DNA of 57,483 nt, taken from positions 1-57,483 of the forward strand of contig CAYQPR010000003.1 in the NCBI GenBank assembly GCA_964419925.1. Direction: 5' to 3'. The position numbers and the translations under genes are program-made. The notes under the pieces were generated by a model. It did no database searches and had not been told where the DNA came from. It saw nothing but the letters and a program-made list of their open reading frames with translations. Position 1 is the stretch's first letter. The number at the start of each line of letters is the position of its first letter. This DNA is from Candidatus Woesearchaeota archaeon. GTDB lineage: Archaea > Nanobdellota > Nanobdellia > SCGC-AAA011-G17 > GW2011-AR20. Shown here piece after piece: positions 38,273 through 46,172 of the stretch.

Positions 38273-38919
38273 GATTTTTTACCTAATTTGTAATTGCTTT
38301 GAATTTGTTTTATCCAACCAAAGGTTCCGAATATAGCAAAAAACCATAGATATAATTCAATCATATTTAGAATAGCAAAGATGGATAAACCAACTAGAGT
38401 AAGTAATCCGTAGGGTATTTCAAGTCCATTTATCTTAGGTAATTCAGTATGACCCTTAGAAAAATTCCAAAAAGGCTTAAATGATAAGATAAAGGCTATC
38501 ATTGACATATTAAAGATGGCGACAGATCCAATTATTAGTATCAATGGTTCTCCAGAAATTTGGTAAGCACCTATTGTCGCCCCTAAAAATAAAATGTATT
38601 TGAAAATTTTATTGGCAACACAATCATACCATTCTCCAAATTTAGTTCCTAACTTTTTATATCGGGCTACTTTTCCATCAACCATGTCGGATATTAAAAC
38701 AACCTGTGTTAATATTGCACCTATAATTAAATATTTCAATTCTCCCAATGCAAAAAAAAATCCTGCGACAATAGATATTAAAATCCCTATGGTTGTTATT
38801 TGATTTGGAGTTATACTAGTTTTAACAAGGACTCTAACCAACGATTCTGCTAATGGCCTATAGATTATAGTAATTAAACTTTCTCTACCACTTCTCATTT
38901 TCACATTATCCTTTTTCAT
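38269..38919 (-). CDS. CDP-alcohol phosphotransferase family membrane enzyme
   Basis: Start moved from 39048 to ATG 38919 (MKKDNVKM...). TTTATATA at 38941-38948 lies 22-29 nt upstream, and the longer ORF would overlap the divergent gene. Signature D-x2-DG-x2-AR-x8-G-x3-D present as DMVDGKVARYKKLGTKFGEWYD, but the final D is N (CVAN). Confidence 0.8.
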   Translation of the reverse strand: MKKDNVKMRSGRESLITIIYRPLAESLVRVLVKTSITPNQITTIGILISIVAGFFFALGELKYLIIGAILTQVVLISDMVDGKVARYKKLGTKFGEWYDCVANKIFKYILFLGATIGAYQISGEPLILIIGSVAIFNMSMIAFILSFKPFWNFSKGHTELPKINGLEIPYGLLTLVGLSIFAILNMIELYLWFFAIFGTFGWIKQIQSNYKLGKKS

Positions 38920-38979
38920 AAAGATTTCCAACAAAAAAGCTTTATATAGTTTTGTTTTTTTATAGTATATATAAATAAT

Positions 38980-39993
38980 ATGACAATCAAAATAGGGGTT
39001 ATTGGGTGCGGGTATTGGGGTCCTAACATAATTCGAAATTTTAGTCAAACAAATAATGTTGAGATATCTTATATTTGTGATATTGATGAAAACAAGATTA
39101 ATTCCATTAAAAAATTTTATCCGAGCATTAAAGCAGTAAATGATTATAAAGAGATATTAAAAGATAATGATGTTGATGCAGTTGCAATTGTTCTTCCGGT
39201 TGGAAAACACTATAACATTGCTAAAGAGGCTTTATTAAATAATAAACATGTACTAATAGAAAAGCCAATTACATCCAGTGTAGAAGAAGCAGAAAATTTA
39301 ATAAAAATTGCAAAGGAAAAAAATAAGATTATTATGGTAGACCATACTTTTGAATACCATGAAGGAATAAATAAAATAAAAGAAATAATTAATAATAAAG
39401 ATTTAGGTGAAATATATTATATGAGGGCAGAATGGCTAAGTCTGGGATTATTACAACCGGATGTTAATGTTGCGTGGGATTTGGCTACCCATATGATATC
39501 AATTATAAATTATGTTTTTAATTTAGATGCTTTAAGTGTTAGTGCAAATTTTGGAGCATATATTAGGAAAGAAATTCCAGAAGTAGCGAATATAAACATT
39601 AAATTTCCAAATGATATCAATTGTTATTTGATGGTCAGCTGGCTTGAACCAAAAAAAACTAGAAAAATAACTATTGTCGGAAGTAAAAAATTATTGGTTT
39701 ATGATCTAACCAATGATGAAGAACAAGTAAAAATATATGATAAAGGAGTTGATTTATCAAAAGAAATAAAGGATATTGAACAATTAAAGATAAATTATAG
39801 ATATGGGGATATTTATTCTCCAAATATAAAAACAATTGAACCCCTTAAAACAATGTGTTTACACTTTACCGAATCAATTATAAATAATGAAAAACCCAGG
39901 AGTGATGGTGAATCAGGTCTTAAAGTTATAAAAATGTTAGAAGCAATTAATGAATCATTAAAAAATAATGGAGCAGAAGTTTTTTTAAAATGA
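38980..39993 (+). CDS. Gfo/Idh/MocA NDP-sugar 3-dehydrogenase (WlbA/WbpB-like)
   Basis: 337 aa. IGVIGCGYWGPNIIRNF Rossmann motif and EKP motif (HVLIEKPIT). Confidence 0.85.
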   Translation: MTIKIGVIGCGYWGPNIIRNFSQTNNVEISYICDIDENKINSIKKFYPSIKAVNDYKEILKDNDVDAVAIVLPVGKHYNIAKEALLNNKHVLIEKPITSSVEEAENLIKIAKEKNKIIMVDHTFEYHEGINKIKEIINNKDLGEIYYMRAEWLSLGLLQPDVNVAWDLATHMISIINYVFNLDALSVSANFGAYIRKEIPEVANINIKFPNDINCYLMVSWLEPKKTRKITIVGSKKLLVYDLTNDEEQVKIYDKGVDLSKEIKDIEQLKINYRYGDIYSPNIKTIEPLKTMCLHFTESIINNEKPRSDGESGLKVIKMLEAINESLKNNGAEVFLK

Positions 39994-40460
39994 TTAAAGA
40001 AGATGTTAAATTAGGAAAAGAAATAAAGATTTTTCAGGCTAATTTAGTTAATCTTTATGGCTGTGAAATCGGAGACAATACGAAGATAGGTAGTTTTGTT
40101 GAGATTCAGAAAAATGCTAAAATAGGAAAAAACTGTAAAATCTCTTCTCACACATTTGTATGCGAAGGGGTTACAATCGAGGATGATGTATTTATAGGGC
40201 ATAATGTTTCTTTTATAAATGATAAATACCCAAGATCAACTGCAAAAGGTAAACTACAAACCGAATCTGATTGGGTTTGTGTTCCAACATTAGTAAAAAA
40301 AGGAGCCTCAATAGGAACAAGCTCGACAATTCTTTGTGGGTTAACAATAGGTGAAAATGCAATAGTTGGATCCGGGAGTGTTGTAACGAGGGATGTTCCA
40401 CCAAATACAATAGTTGCTGGAGTTCCTGCAAAAATAATAAGGAGAATTGAAAATGAATAA
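39990..40460 (+). CDS. Left-handed beta-helix sugar 3-N-acetyltransferase (WlbB/WbpD/QdtC-like)
   Basis: 156 aa. Hexapeptide repeats IGSFVEIQKNAKIGKNCKISSHTFVCEGVTIEDDVFIGHNVSF. 4-nt overlap with the upstream gene. Confidence 0.85.
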   Translation: MIKEDVKLGKEIKIFQANLVNLYGCEIGDNTKIGSFVEIQKNAKIGKNCKISSHTFVCEGVTIEDDVFIGHNVSFINDKYPRSTAKGKLQTESDWVCVPTLVKKGASIGTSSTILCGLTIGENAIVGSGSVVTRDVPPNTIVAGVPAKIIRRIENE

Positions 40461-41556
40461 AATTCCAATGGTGAATTTAAACGCACAGTATTTATCAATT
40501 AAAGATGAGATAGACAAAGCAATTGAAAATGTCATAAGTAGTTCTGAGTTCATATTGGGAAAACATGTTTTAGAGTTTGAAAAAAATTTTGCAAAGTTGT
40601 GTGATAAAAAATATGCTGTCGGTGTTAATTCGGGTACTACAGCGCTTAATTTGGCTTTAATGGCTTATGGGATTAAACAAGGTGATGAGGTCATTACAGC
40701 TTCAAATACATTTATTGCAACAGCTTCTGCCATAGCCCATACTGGAGCTAAACCTGTTTTTGTTGATATCGATGAAAAAACATACAACATTGACCCAAAA
40801 AAAATAGAAGAAAAAATTACAAGTAAAACAAAAGCAATAATTCCAGTTCATTTATATGGGCAACCTGTAGATATTGATGAAATAACTGAGATCGCAAATA
40901 AACATAACCTAATAATTATTGAAGATGCTTGTCAAGCGCATAATTCAGAATATAAACATAAAAAAATACCCCTATCTGAAACAGGCTGTTTTAGTTTTTA
41001 TCCCGGAAAAAATTTAGGTGCCTATGGTGAGGGAGGAATGGTTGTTACAGATAACGAAGGTGTTGCAAATAAAATTAGATTGTTAAGAGATCATGGGCAA
41101 GTAGAAAAATATGTTCATGATATAGTTGGATTTAATAATAGAATGGAAGGGATTCAAGGTGCAATATTAAATGCAAAATTAAAACATTTAGATGAATGGA
41201 CAGAAAAAAGAAGAAGTAAGGCTAGAATATATAATAAATTATTATCGGGGGTTGTAGAGGCTCCTTTTGAAAAAATAGATAGAAAACATGTTTATCATCT
41301 GTATGTAACTAGAGTAAAAAATAGAGAAGATTTGATGAGTTTTCTTAAAGATAAAGGAATATCTACTGGACTTCATTATCCAATTCCAATTCATTTGCAA
41401 AAAGCATTTTCATATTTAAATTATGATAAAAAAAGTTTTCCAATAACTGAGAATGTGGTAAATGAAATTTTATCTCTTCCAATATACCCCGAACTAAAAG
41501 AAGAAGAAATAGAATATGTTTGTGAAAATATAAAAAAATTTTATAATAAAACCTAA
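40447..41556 (+). CDS. DegT/DnrJ/EryC1 PLP-dependent sugar aminotransferase (WlbC/WbpE-like)
   Basis: 369 aa. Schiff-base Lys in SFYPGKNLGAYGEGG. Gene order dehydrogenase-acetyltransferase-aminotransferase matches wlbABC. Confidence 0.9.
   Translation: MKMNKIPMVNLNAQYLSIKDEIDKAIENVISSSEFILGKHVLEFEKNFAKLCDKKYAVGVNSGTTALNLALMAYGIKQGDEVITASNTFIATASAIAHTGAKPVFVDIDEKTYNIDPKKIEEKITSKTKAIIPVHLYGQPVDIDEITEIANKHNLIIIEDACQAHNSEYKHKKIPLSETGCFSFYPGKNLGAYGEGGMVVTDNEGVANKIRLLRDHGQVEKYVHDIVGFNNRMEGIQGAILNAKLKHLDEWTEKRRSKARIYNKLLSGVVEAPFEKIDRKHVYHLYVTRVKNREDLMSFLKDKGISTGLHYPIPIHLQKAFSYLNYDKKSFPITENVVNEILSLPIYPELKEEEIEYVCENIKKFYNKT
40742..40833 (+). repeat. 92-nt segment identical to 44077-44168 (inside a DegT paralog)
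   Basis: Read directly: ctggagctaaacctgtttttgttgatatcgatgaaaaaacatacaacattgacccaaaaaaaatagaagaaaaaattacaagtaaaacaaaa occurs in both genes, which are otherwise strongly diverged. Confidence 0.85.
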
Positions 41557-42116
41557 CTTTTAATTAACTCGACTAAATCATTATTTTTCAATCCAAAATA
41601 AGTTGCCTCTTCTTTATCCAAATGGAAATGAGATTTATGCGAATCTCCTGATCTAATAATTACATCTTCGATTAATAATCTTTTGTTAAAATAAATTTTA
41701 ACTTTATCTCCATTTTTTAATCCAAATTCACTTGCTTCACTAATATGAAGGTGCACATGCATTTTAGCAATAATAACCCCTTTTTTTAATTTTATTCCCC
41801 CATTATTTCCTTGAACAATTATTCCCGGAGAATTTTCTAAATTACCAGAAACTAAAACGGGTGCTTTAATTCCTAAAATAGATTGCTCGCTCCTCATAAT
41901 TTCAACTTGTGTCTCATTTCTTAAAGGACCAACAACCCTTACATTACAAATAACACCATATTTACCTACTAAGTTTACTGTTTCTTTTGCAGCAAATTGT
42001 CCTGGTTGTCTTATTTCACGTAAAACTTCCAAATCATTTCTTCCAAACAATTTAACACAGTCTTCTTTACATAAATGAATATGGTGATTTGATACTCCTA
42101 CAGGAACTGTGTTCAT
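41553..42116 (-). CDS. pduL: Phosphate acyltransferase PduL (phosphate propanoyl/acetyltransferase)
   Basis: Start set at ATG 42116 (MNTVPVGVSNHHIHL...). Two PduL repeats (VPVGVSNHHIHL and IIAKMHVHLHISEASEFGL) plus RQPGQFAAKETV. The 79-aa upstream extension in the ORF track is low-complexity and overlaps the divergent gene. Confidence 0.85.
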   Translation of the reverse strand: MNTVPVGVSNHHIHLCKEDCVKLFGRNDLEVLREIRQPGQFAAKETVNLVGKYGVICNVRVVGPLRNETQVEIMRSEQSILGIKAPVLVSGNLENSPGIIVQGNNGGIKLKKGVIIAKMHVHLHISEASEFGLKNGDKVKIYFNKRLLIEDVIIRSGDSHKSHFHLDKEEATYFGLKNNDLVELIKS

Positions 42117-42189
42117 TCTTGAATTTAAGTAAGATAATTTTAAAAACCTTGGGTTTATTAGTCTAGTTAATAGATTTTGTTTGATTGAT

Positions 42190-43152
42190 ATGAAAATTAA
42201 AAACTCGGTGATCCTTGTAACAGGTGGTGCTGGTAATATAGGTAGCCATATAGTAGATATGTGTATTAAAGAAGGAGCAAAAAAAGTTATAATTATTGAT
42301 AATTTTACCAGGGGGGTTATGGCTAATTTAGAATGGGCAAAAAAAAATGGCAATATCGAGATTATAGAGGGAGATATTCGAGATTTTGAATTATTAAATA
42401 AATGTTTTAAAGATGTTGATTATGTTTTTCATGAAGCAGCAATAAGAATAACACAATGTGCAAAAGAACCAAGATTAGCCCATGAAGTTTTGATTGATGG
42501 AACATTTAATGTTTTAGAAGCTTGTGTTAAAAATAATATTAAAAAATTAGTATTTGCATCATCTGCATCGGTTTATGGGGATGCAAGTTATTTACCTATG
42601 GATGAAAATCATCCATTTAATAATAAAACATATTACGGTGCAGGTAAAATTGCTAATGAGCAAATGGTTAGGTCATTTAGAGAGATGTATGGACTTAAAC
42701 ATATTGGTTTAAGATATTTTAATGTTTATGGTCCTAGAATGGATATCTATGGATATTATACCGAGGTAATGATAAAATGGTTAGATAAAATAGATAAAAA
42801 TGAATCTCCAGTAATTTTCGGTGATGGAGAACAAGCTATGGATTTTGTTTATGTCGAAGATATTGCAATGGCAAATATCCTTGCTTTAGAAAGTGATCTC
42901 GAAGAAGGAATTTATAACGTTGGAACCGGTGTAATTTCTTCTTTAAATGATTTAGTAAAAATCATGTTAGAGTTAACAAATCCTAACTTAAAACCAGTAT
43001 ACAAAGAACCTGAAAAATTATTAATTGTATCAAAAAGAAGAGCCGACATAAATAAAGCTAAAAAAGATTTAGGTTTTGAAAGTAAAATAAATCTTAAAGA
43101 GGGATTAAAAAAATTAATTGAGTGGAGAAAAAATCAACATGAAAGAAACTAA
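42190..43152 (+). CDS. NDP-sugar epimerase/dehydratase (extended SDR)
   Basis: ATG 42190 (MKIKNSVILVTGGAGNIGSH). Catalytic YGAGK, and RYFNVYGPR. Confidence 0.85.
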   Translation: MKIKNSVILVTGGAGNIGSHIVDMCIKEGAKKVIIIDNFTRGVMANLEWAKKNGNIEIIEGDIRDFELLNKCFKDVDYVFHEAAIRITQCAKEPRLAHEVLIDGTFNVLEACVKNNIKKLVFASSASVYGDASYLPMDENHPFNNKTYYGAGKIANEQMVRSFREMYGLKHIGLRYFNVYGPRMDIYGYYTEVMIKWLDKIDKNESPVIFGDGEQAMDFVYVEDIAMANILALESDLEEGIYNVGTGVISSLNDLVKIMLELTNPNLKPVYKEPEKLLIVSKRRADINKAKKDLGFESKINLKEGLKKLIEWRKNQHERN

Positions 43153-43804
43153 AAAAATAATTATTCTAGGAACGGCTGGAAACTCTGTTGATATTCTTGA
43201 TACAATAAATGATATTAATCTGGTAGAAAAAATATATGAATGTCTCGGTTTTCTTGATGATAATAAAGATAATTTAGGAAAAGAGGTATTGGGGGTTAAA
43301 GTTCTAGGATCGCTTAGTTCAGCAAATAATTTTGATAAGAGAGTATATTTTGTTAACGGCATTGGAAGCCCATCTAATTTTTTAAAAAAAGAGGAAATAA
43401 TTAGAAAAACCGGAATACCTTTAGAAAGGTTTGAAACGATTATACACCCAACGGCAAGTATTTCTCGCACTTCAAAAATTGGAAAGGGTGTGGTTATATT
43501 TCAAAATGTCACATTAACATCAAATGTTTTAATTGGAAACCATGTTATCATATTACCAAATACGATTATTAGCCATGACGATATAATTGGAGATTATACT
43601 TGTATTACTGGCGGGGTTTGTATTTCAGGTAATGTAAAAATAGGAAAATTATGTTATTTAGGTACAAATAGTACGATTATAGGGAATACTAATGTAGGAG
43701 ATTGTTGTCTTATCGGGATGGGGAGTGTTATCTTAAAAGATGTTCCAGATAATAGCGTATTTGTAGGGAATCCGGGAAAATTTCTCAAGCATATTAGAGG
43801 ATAA
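43139..43804 (+). CDS. NeuD/PglD-family amino-sugar N-acetyltransferase
   Basis: ATG 43139 (MKETKKIIILGTAGNSVDILDTI...). N-terminal Rossmann-like domain ending ...GFLDDNKDNLGKEVLGVKVLG, then hexapeptide repeats. Confidence 0.8.
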   Translation: MKETKKIIILGTAGNSVDILDTINDINLVEKIYECLGFLDDNKDNLGKEVLGVKVLGSLSSANNFDKRVYFVNGIGSPSNFLKKEEIIRKTGIPLERFETIIHPTASISRTSKIGKGVVIFQNVTLTSNVLIGNHVIILPNTIISHDDIIGDYTCITGGVCISGNVKIGKLCYLGTNSTIIGNTNVGDCCLIGMGSVILKDVPDNSVFVGNPGKFLKHIRG

Positions 43805-43808
43805 TAAA

Positions 43809-44921
43809 ATGATACCAATTACTAAACCATTTATGGGTGAAGAAGAGAAAAAGGCTTGTTTTGATGCAATCGGATCCGGATGGGTTTCTCAAGGTGTCAA
43901 AGTCAAAGACTTTGAAGATTTAATATCTAAATATGTTAATGCAAAATATGGCATTGCAACAAGTTCTTGTACAACTGCATTACATATCGCTCTTCTTTCT
44001 ATGAGAATTAAACCTGGTGATGAAGTTATTTTACCATCTTTTACATTTATTGCAACAGCAAATTCGGTATTATATGCTGGAGCTAAACCTGTTTTTGTTG
44101 ATATCGATGAAAAAACATACAACATTGACCCAAAAAAAATAGAAGAAAAAATTACAAGTAAAACAAAATTAATTTTACCAGTCCATCAAATTGGTTTATC
44201 CGCTAATATGGATGAGCTGAATAAAATTGCTAATAAATATAATTTAAAAATTTTGGAGGATGCAGCATGTTCCTTGGGATCCAAATATAAAGGAAAAATG
44301 ATTGGCTCGATCAATACAGCATGTTTTAGTTTTCATCCGAGAAAATCAATAACAACAGGGGAAGGTGGAATGATTATAACAAACGATGATGAAGTTGAAA
44401 AACTAAGCAGAGTATTAAGGAGTCATGGGGCATCTATATCTGATTTAGAAAGGCATAATTCAAAGGGAATAATTGCTGAAAGATACGAAGATTTAGGATA
44501 TAATTATAGAATGACGGATATCCAAGCAAGTATAGGTATTGAACAGTTTAAAAAACTTAATTATATATTAAAAAGAAGAAAAGAACTAGCAAAAAGATAT
44601 GATGATTTATTAAGCAATATAAATTCTATTGAAATCCCTTTTGTTCCTCAAGGGTATGATCATAGTTATCAATCTTATATGATTAGGTTAAATAATTTAA
44701 GTAGAGATGAAGTTATGCAAAAACTTCTTGAAAAAGGAATATCCACTAGAAAAGGAATTATGACGATACATAGGGAACCGTATTATGTTAAAAATTTTGG
44801 TCATCTAAATCTTCCAATTACAGAAAAAATATCCGATTCAACAATGATAATTCCTTTGTTTGTTGAAATGACTGAAGAACAGCAGGATTATATCGTAAAG
44901 AATATAAAAGAAAATTTATGA
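43809..44921 (+). CDS. DegT/DnrJ/EryC1 PLP-dependent sugar 4-aminotransferase (PglE/PseC/LegC-like)
   Basis: 370 aa. Schiff-base Lys in SFHPRKSITTGEGG. Follows the SDR and PglD-like genes. Confidence 0.9.
   Translation: MIPITKPFMGEEEKKACFDAIGSGWVSQGVKVKDFEDLISKYVNAKYGIATSSCTTALHIALLSMRIKPGDEVILPSFTFIATANSVLYAGAKPVFVDIDEKTYNIDPKKIEEKITSKTKLILPVHQIGLSANMDELNKIANKYNLKILEDAACSLGSKYKGKMIGSINTACFSFHPRKSITTGEGGMIITNDDEVEKLSRVLRSHGASISDLERHNSKGIIAERYEDLGYNYRMTDIQASIGIEQFKKLNYILKRRKELAKRYDDLLSNINSIEIPFVPQGYDHSYQSYMIRLNNLSRDEVMQKLLEKGISTRKGIMTIHREPYYVKNFGHLNLPITEKISDSTMIIPLFVEMTEEQQDYIVKNIKENL
44077..44168 (+). repeat. 92-nt segment identical to 40742-40833 (inside a DegT paralog)
   Basis: Same string as above. 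Encodes GAKPVFVDIDEKTYNIDPKKIEEKITSKTK in both proteins. Confidence 0.85.
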
Positions 44922-46109
44922 TAATTTATTTATTAATTTTTTATATAAGTCGATTGTTTGTTCAATGACAATATCTTTTTTAAAACCAAATTCATCCAAG
45001 AATTTTGGTCCATTTTCAGATAATTTTTTCCTAAGAACTTTATCTTTAAGTAAAACCAATACTGCGTCAGCTAAAGCATTAGGACCTTCTTTTGGAATTA
45101 AGTATGCATATTCTTTATGTCTATAATAAATGGGTTCATATATTTTTCCAAAATCAGTAACTGCTTTTGTTATTATACAAGGAACTTTAGAAATCATAGC
45201 TTCTCTTATTCCACCTGAAAATAGATTACTTTTTGGACCTAAAGCTGCATATATTGTGCTGGCTTGTAATATTACATTAACATCATCCCTTTTTCCAAGA
45301 AGAAAAACATTTTTTTCTAATTTATTTTTTTTAATCAATGAGATTATTTTATTTCTTAATGGACCATCTCCAACCATTAAAAACTTAACTCTTGGATTTT
45401 TCTTTAATATAATTGGTATTGATTTAACAAAGGTGATTGGATCTTTAAACGGAACAAGACGAGCTAAAAAAGTTACAATAGGATCATTATTTAATTTATA
45501 TTCTGATTTAAACTTATTAGTATTAACTCTTTTTTCAAATCTTTTTGTATCAGAAATATTTTTTATATCATATATCTTTTCTTTCCATCCTAAATATCTT
45601 ATGATATCATCTTGCTCCACACTGCTTGAAATTATACCGTCTAAATTTTTTAATATAAATCTATTTAAAAATTTAGGCATACTTCTTATTCCAGCACCAT
45701 GTTCGCTTAAAAGCAATTTCTTTTTGTATAATTTTTTAGCGATTAATCCTGGAATTCCGGCTAAAGTCCAATTTGCATGAATTAAATCACTTTTTCTCGC
45801 CACCTTTAATGTTTTTAAAATAAATGATAATAAGAAAAAAGGGAGCTGGAGTTTGGCTATAAAACTGTTATTATACTCATCAAGGATACTCTGTCCGCTT
45901 GTTAATTTTTGATATTTTTTGGGAAAGAAGTACTTAAATCGATGAATTTTTACTCCATTTTTTAAGTCAAAAAGATTTTTCGAATTCGGTGATGATGGGA
46001 CTACAACATGAACATCTACTCCTTTTTCAGCTAAACCTTTTGCAAGTGCAAATAAGTGCTGCCCCCCATAACCTTCGTCAAATGATGTAGACAAAAAACA
46101 TATTTTCAT
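44916..46109 (-). CDS. GT-B glycosyltransferase (GT4-like)
   Basis: 397 aa. N-terminus MKICFLSTSFDEGYGGQHLFALAKGLAEKGVDVHVV is typical of GT4. Confidence 0.8.
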   Translation of the reverse strand: MKICFLSTSFDEGYGGQHLFALAKGLAEKGVDVHVVVPSSPNSKNLFDLKNGVKIHRFKYFFPKKYQKLTSGQSILDEYNNSFIAKLQLPFFLLSFILKTLKVARKSDLIHANWTLAGIPGLIAKKLYKKKLLLSEHGAGIRSMPKFLNRFILKNLDGIISSSVEQDDIIRYLGWKEKIYDIKNISDTKRFEKRVNTNKFKSEYKLNNDPIVTFLARLVPFKDPITFVKSIPIILKKNPRVKFLMVGDGPLRNKIISLIKKNKLEKNVFLLGKRDDVNVILQASTIYAALGPKSNLFSGGIREAMISKVPCIITKAVTDFGKIYEPIYYRHKEYAYLIPKEGPNALADAVLVLLKDKVLRKKLSENGPKFLDEFGFKKDIVIEQTIDLYKKLINKLS

Positions 46110-46172
46110 AGTCTTTTATTACTAAGGGAATAACTTATAAAATATTCTGTTTAATATAACTTAATTTCTAAA

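Noticed and set aside
38920-39048. A 43-aa N-terminal extension of the CDP-alcohol phosphotransferase ORF.
   Set aside because: It would overlap the divergent Gfo/Idh/MocA gene start (38980). A TTTATATA box at 38941-38948 is correctly spaced for the ATG at 38919.
42117-42353. A 79-aa N-terminal extension of the PduL ORF (MPFFFAHSKLAITPLV...).
   Set aside because: The extension has no PduL similarity and is low-complexity. It overlaps the divergent SDR gene start (42190). The PduL domain begins exactly at Met-80 (MNTVPVGVSNHHIHL).
45130-45780. A 216-aa ORF antisense to the GT4 gene at 44916-46109. It is long enough to look like a real gene.
   Set aside because: It is fully contained in a GT4 gene with a canonical N-terminus. 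Its translation is hydrophobic, low-complexity and motif-free, and it has no promoter-like box or RBS of its own.
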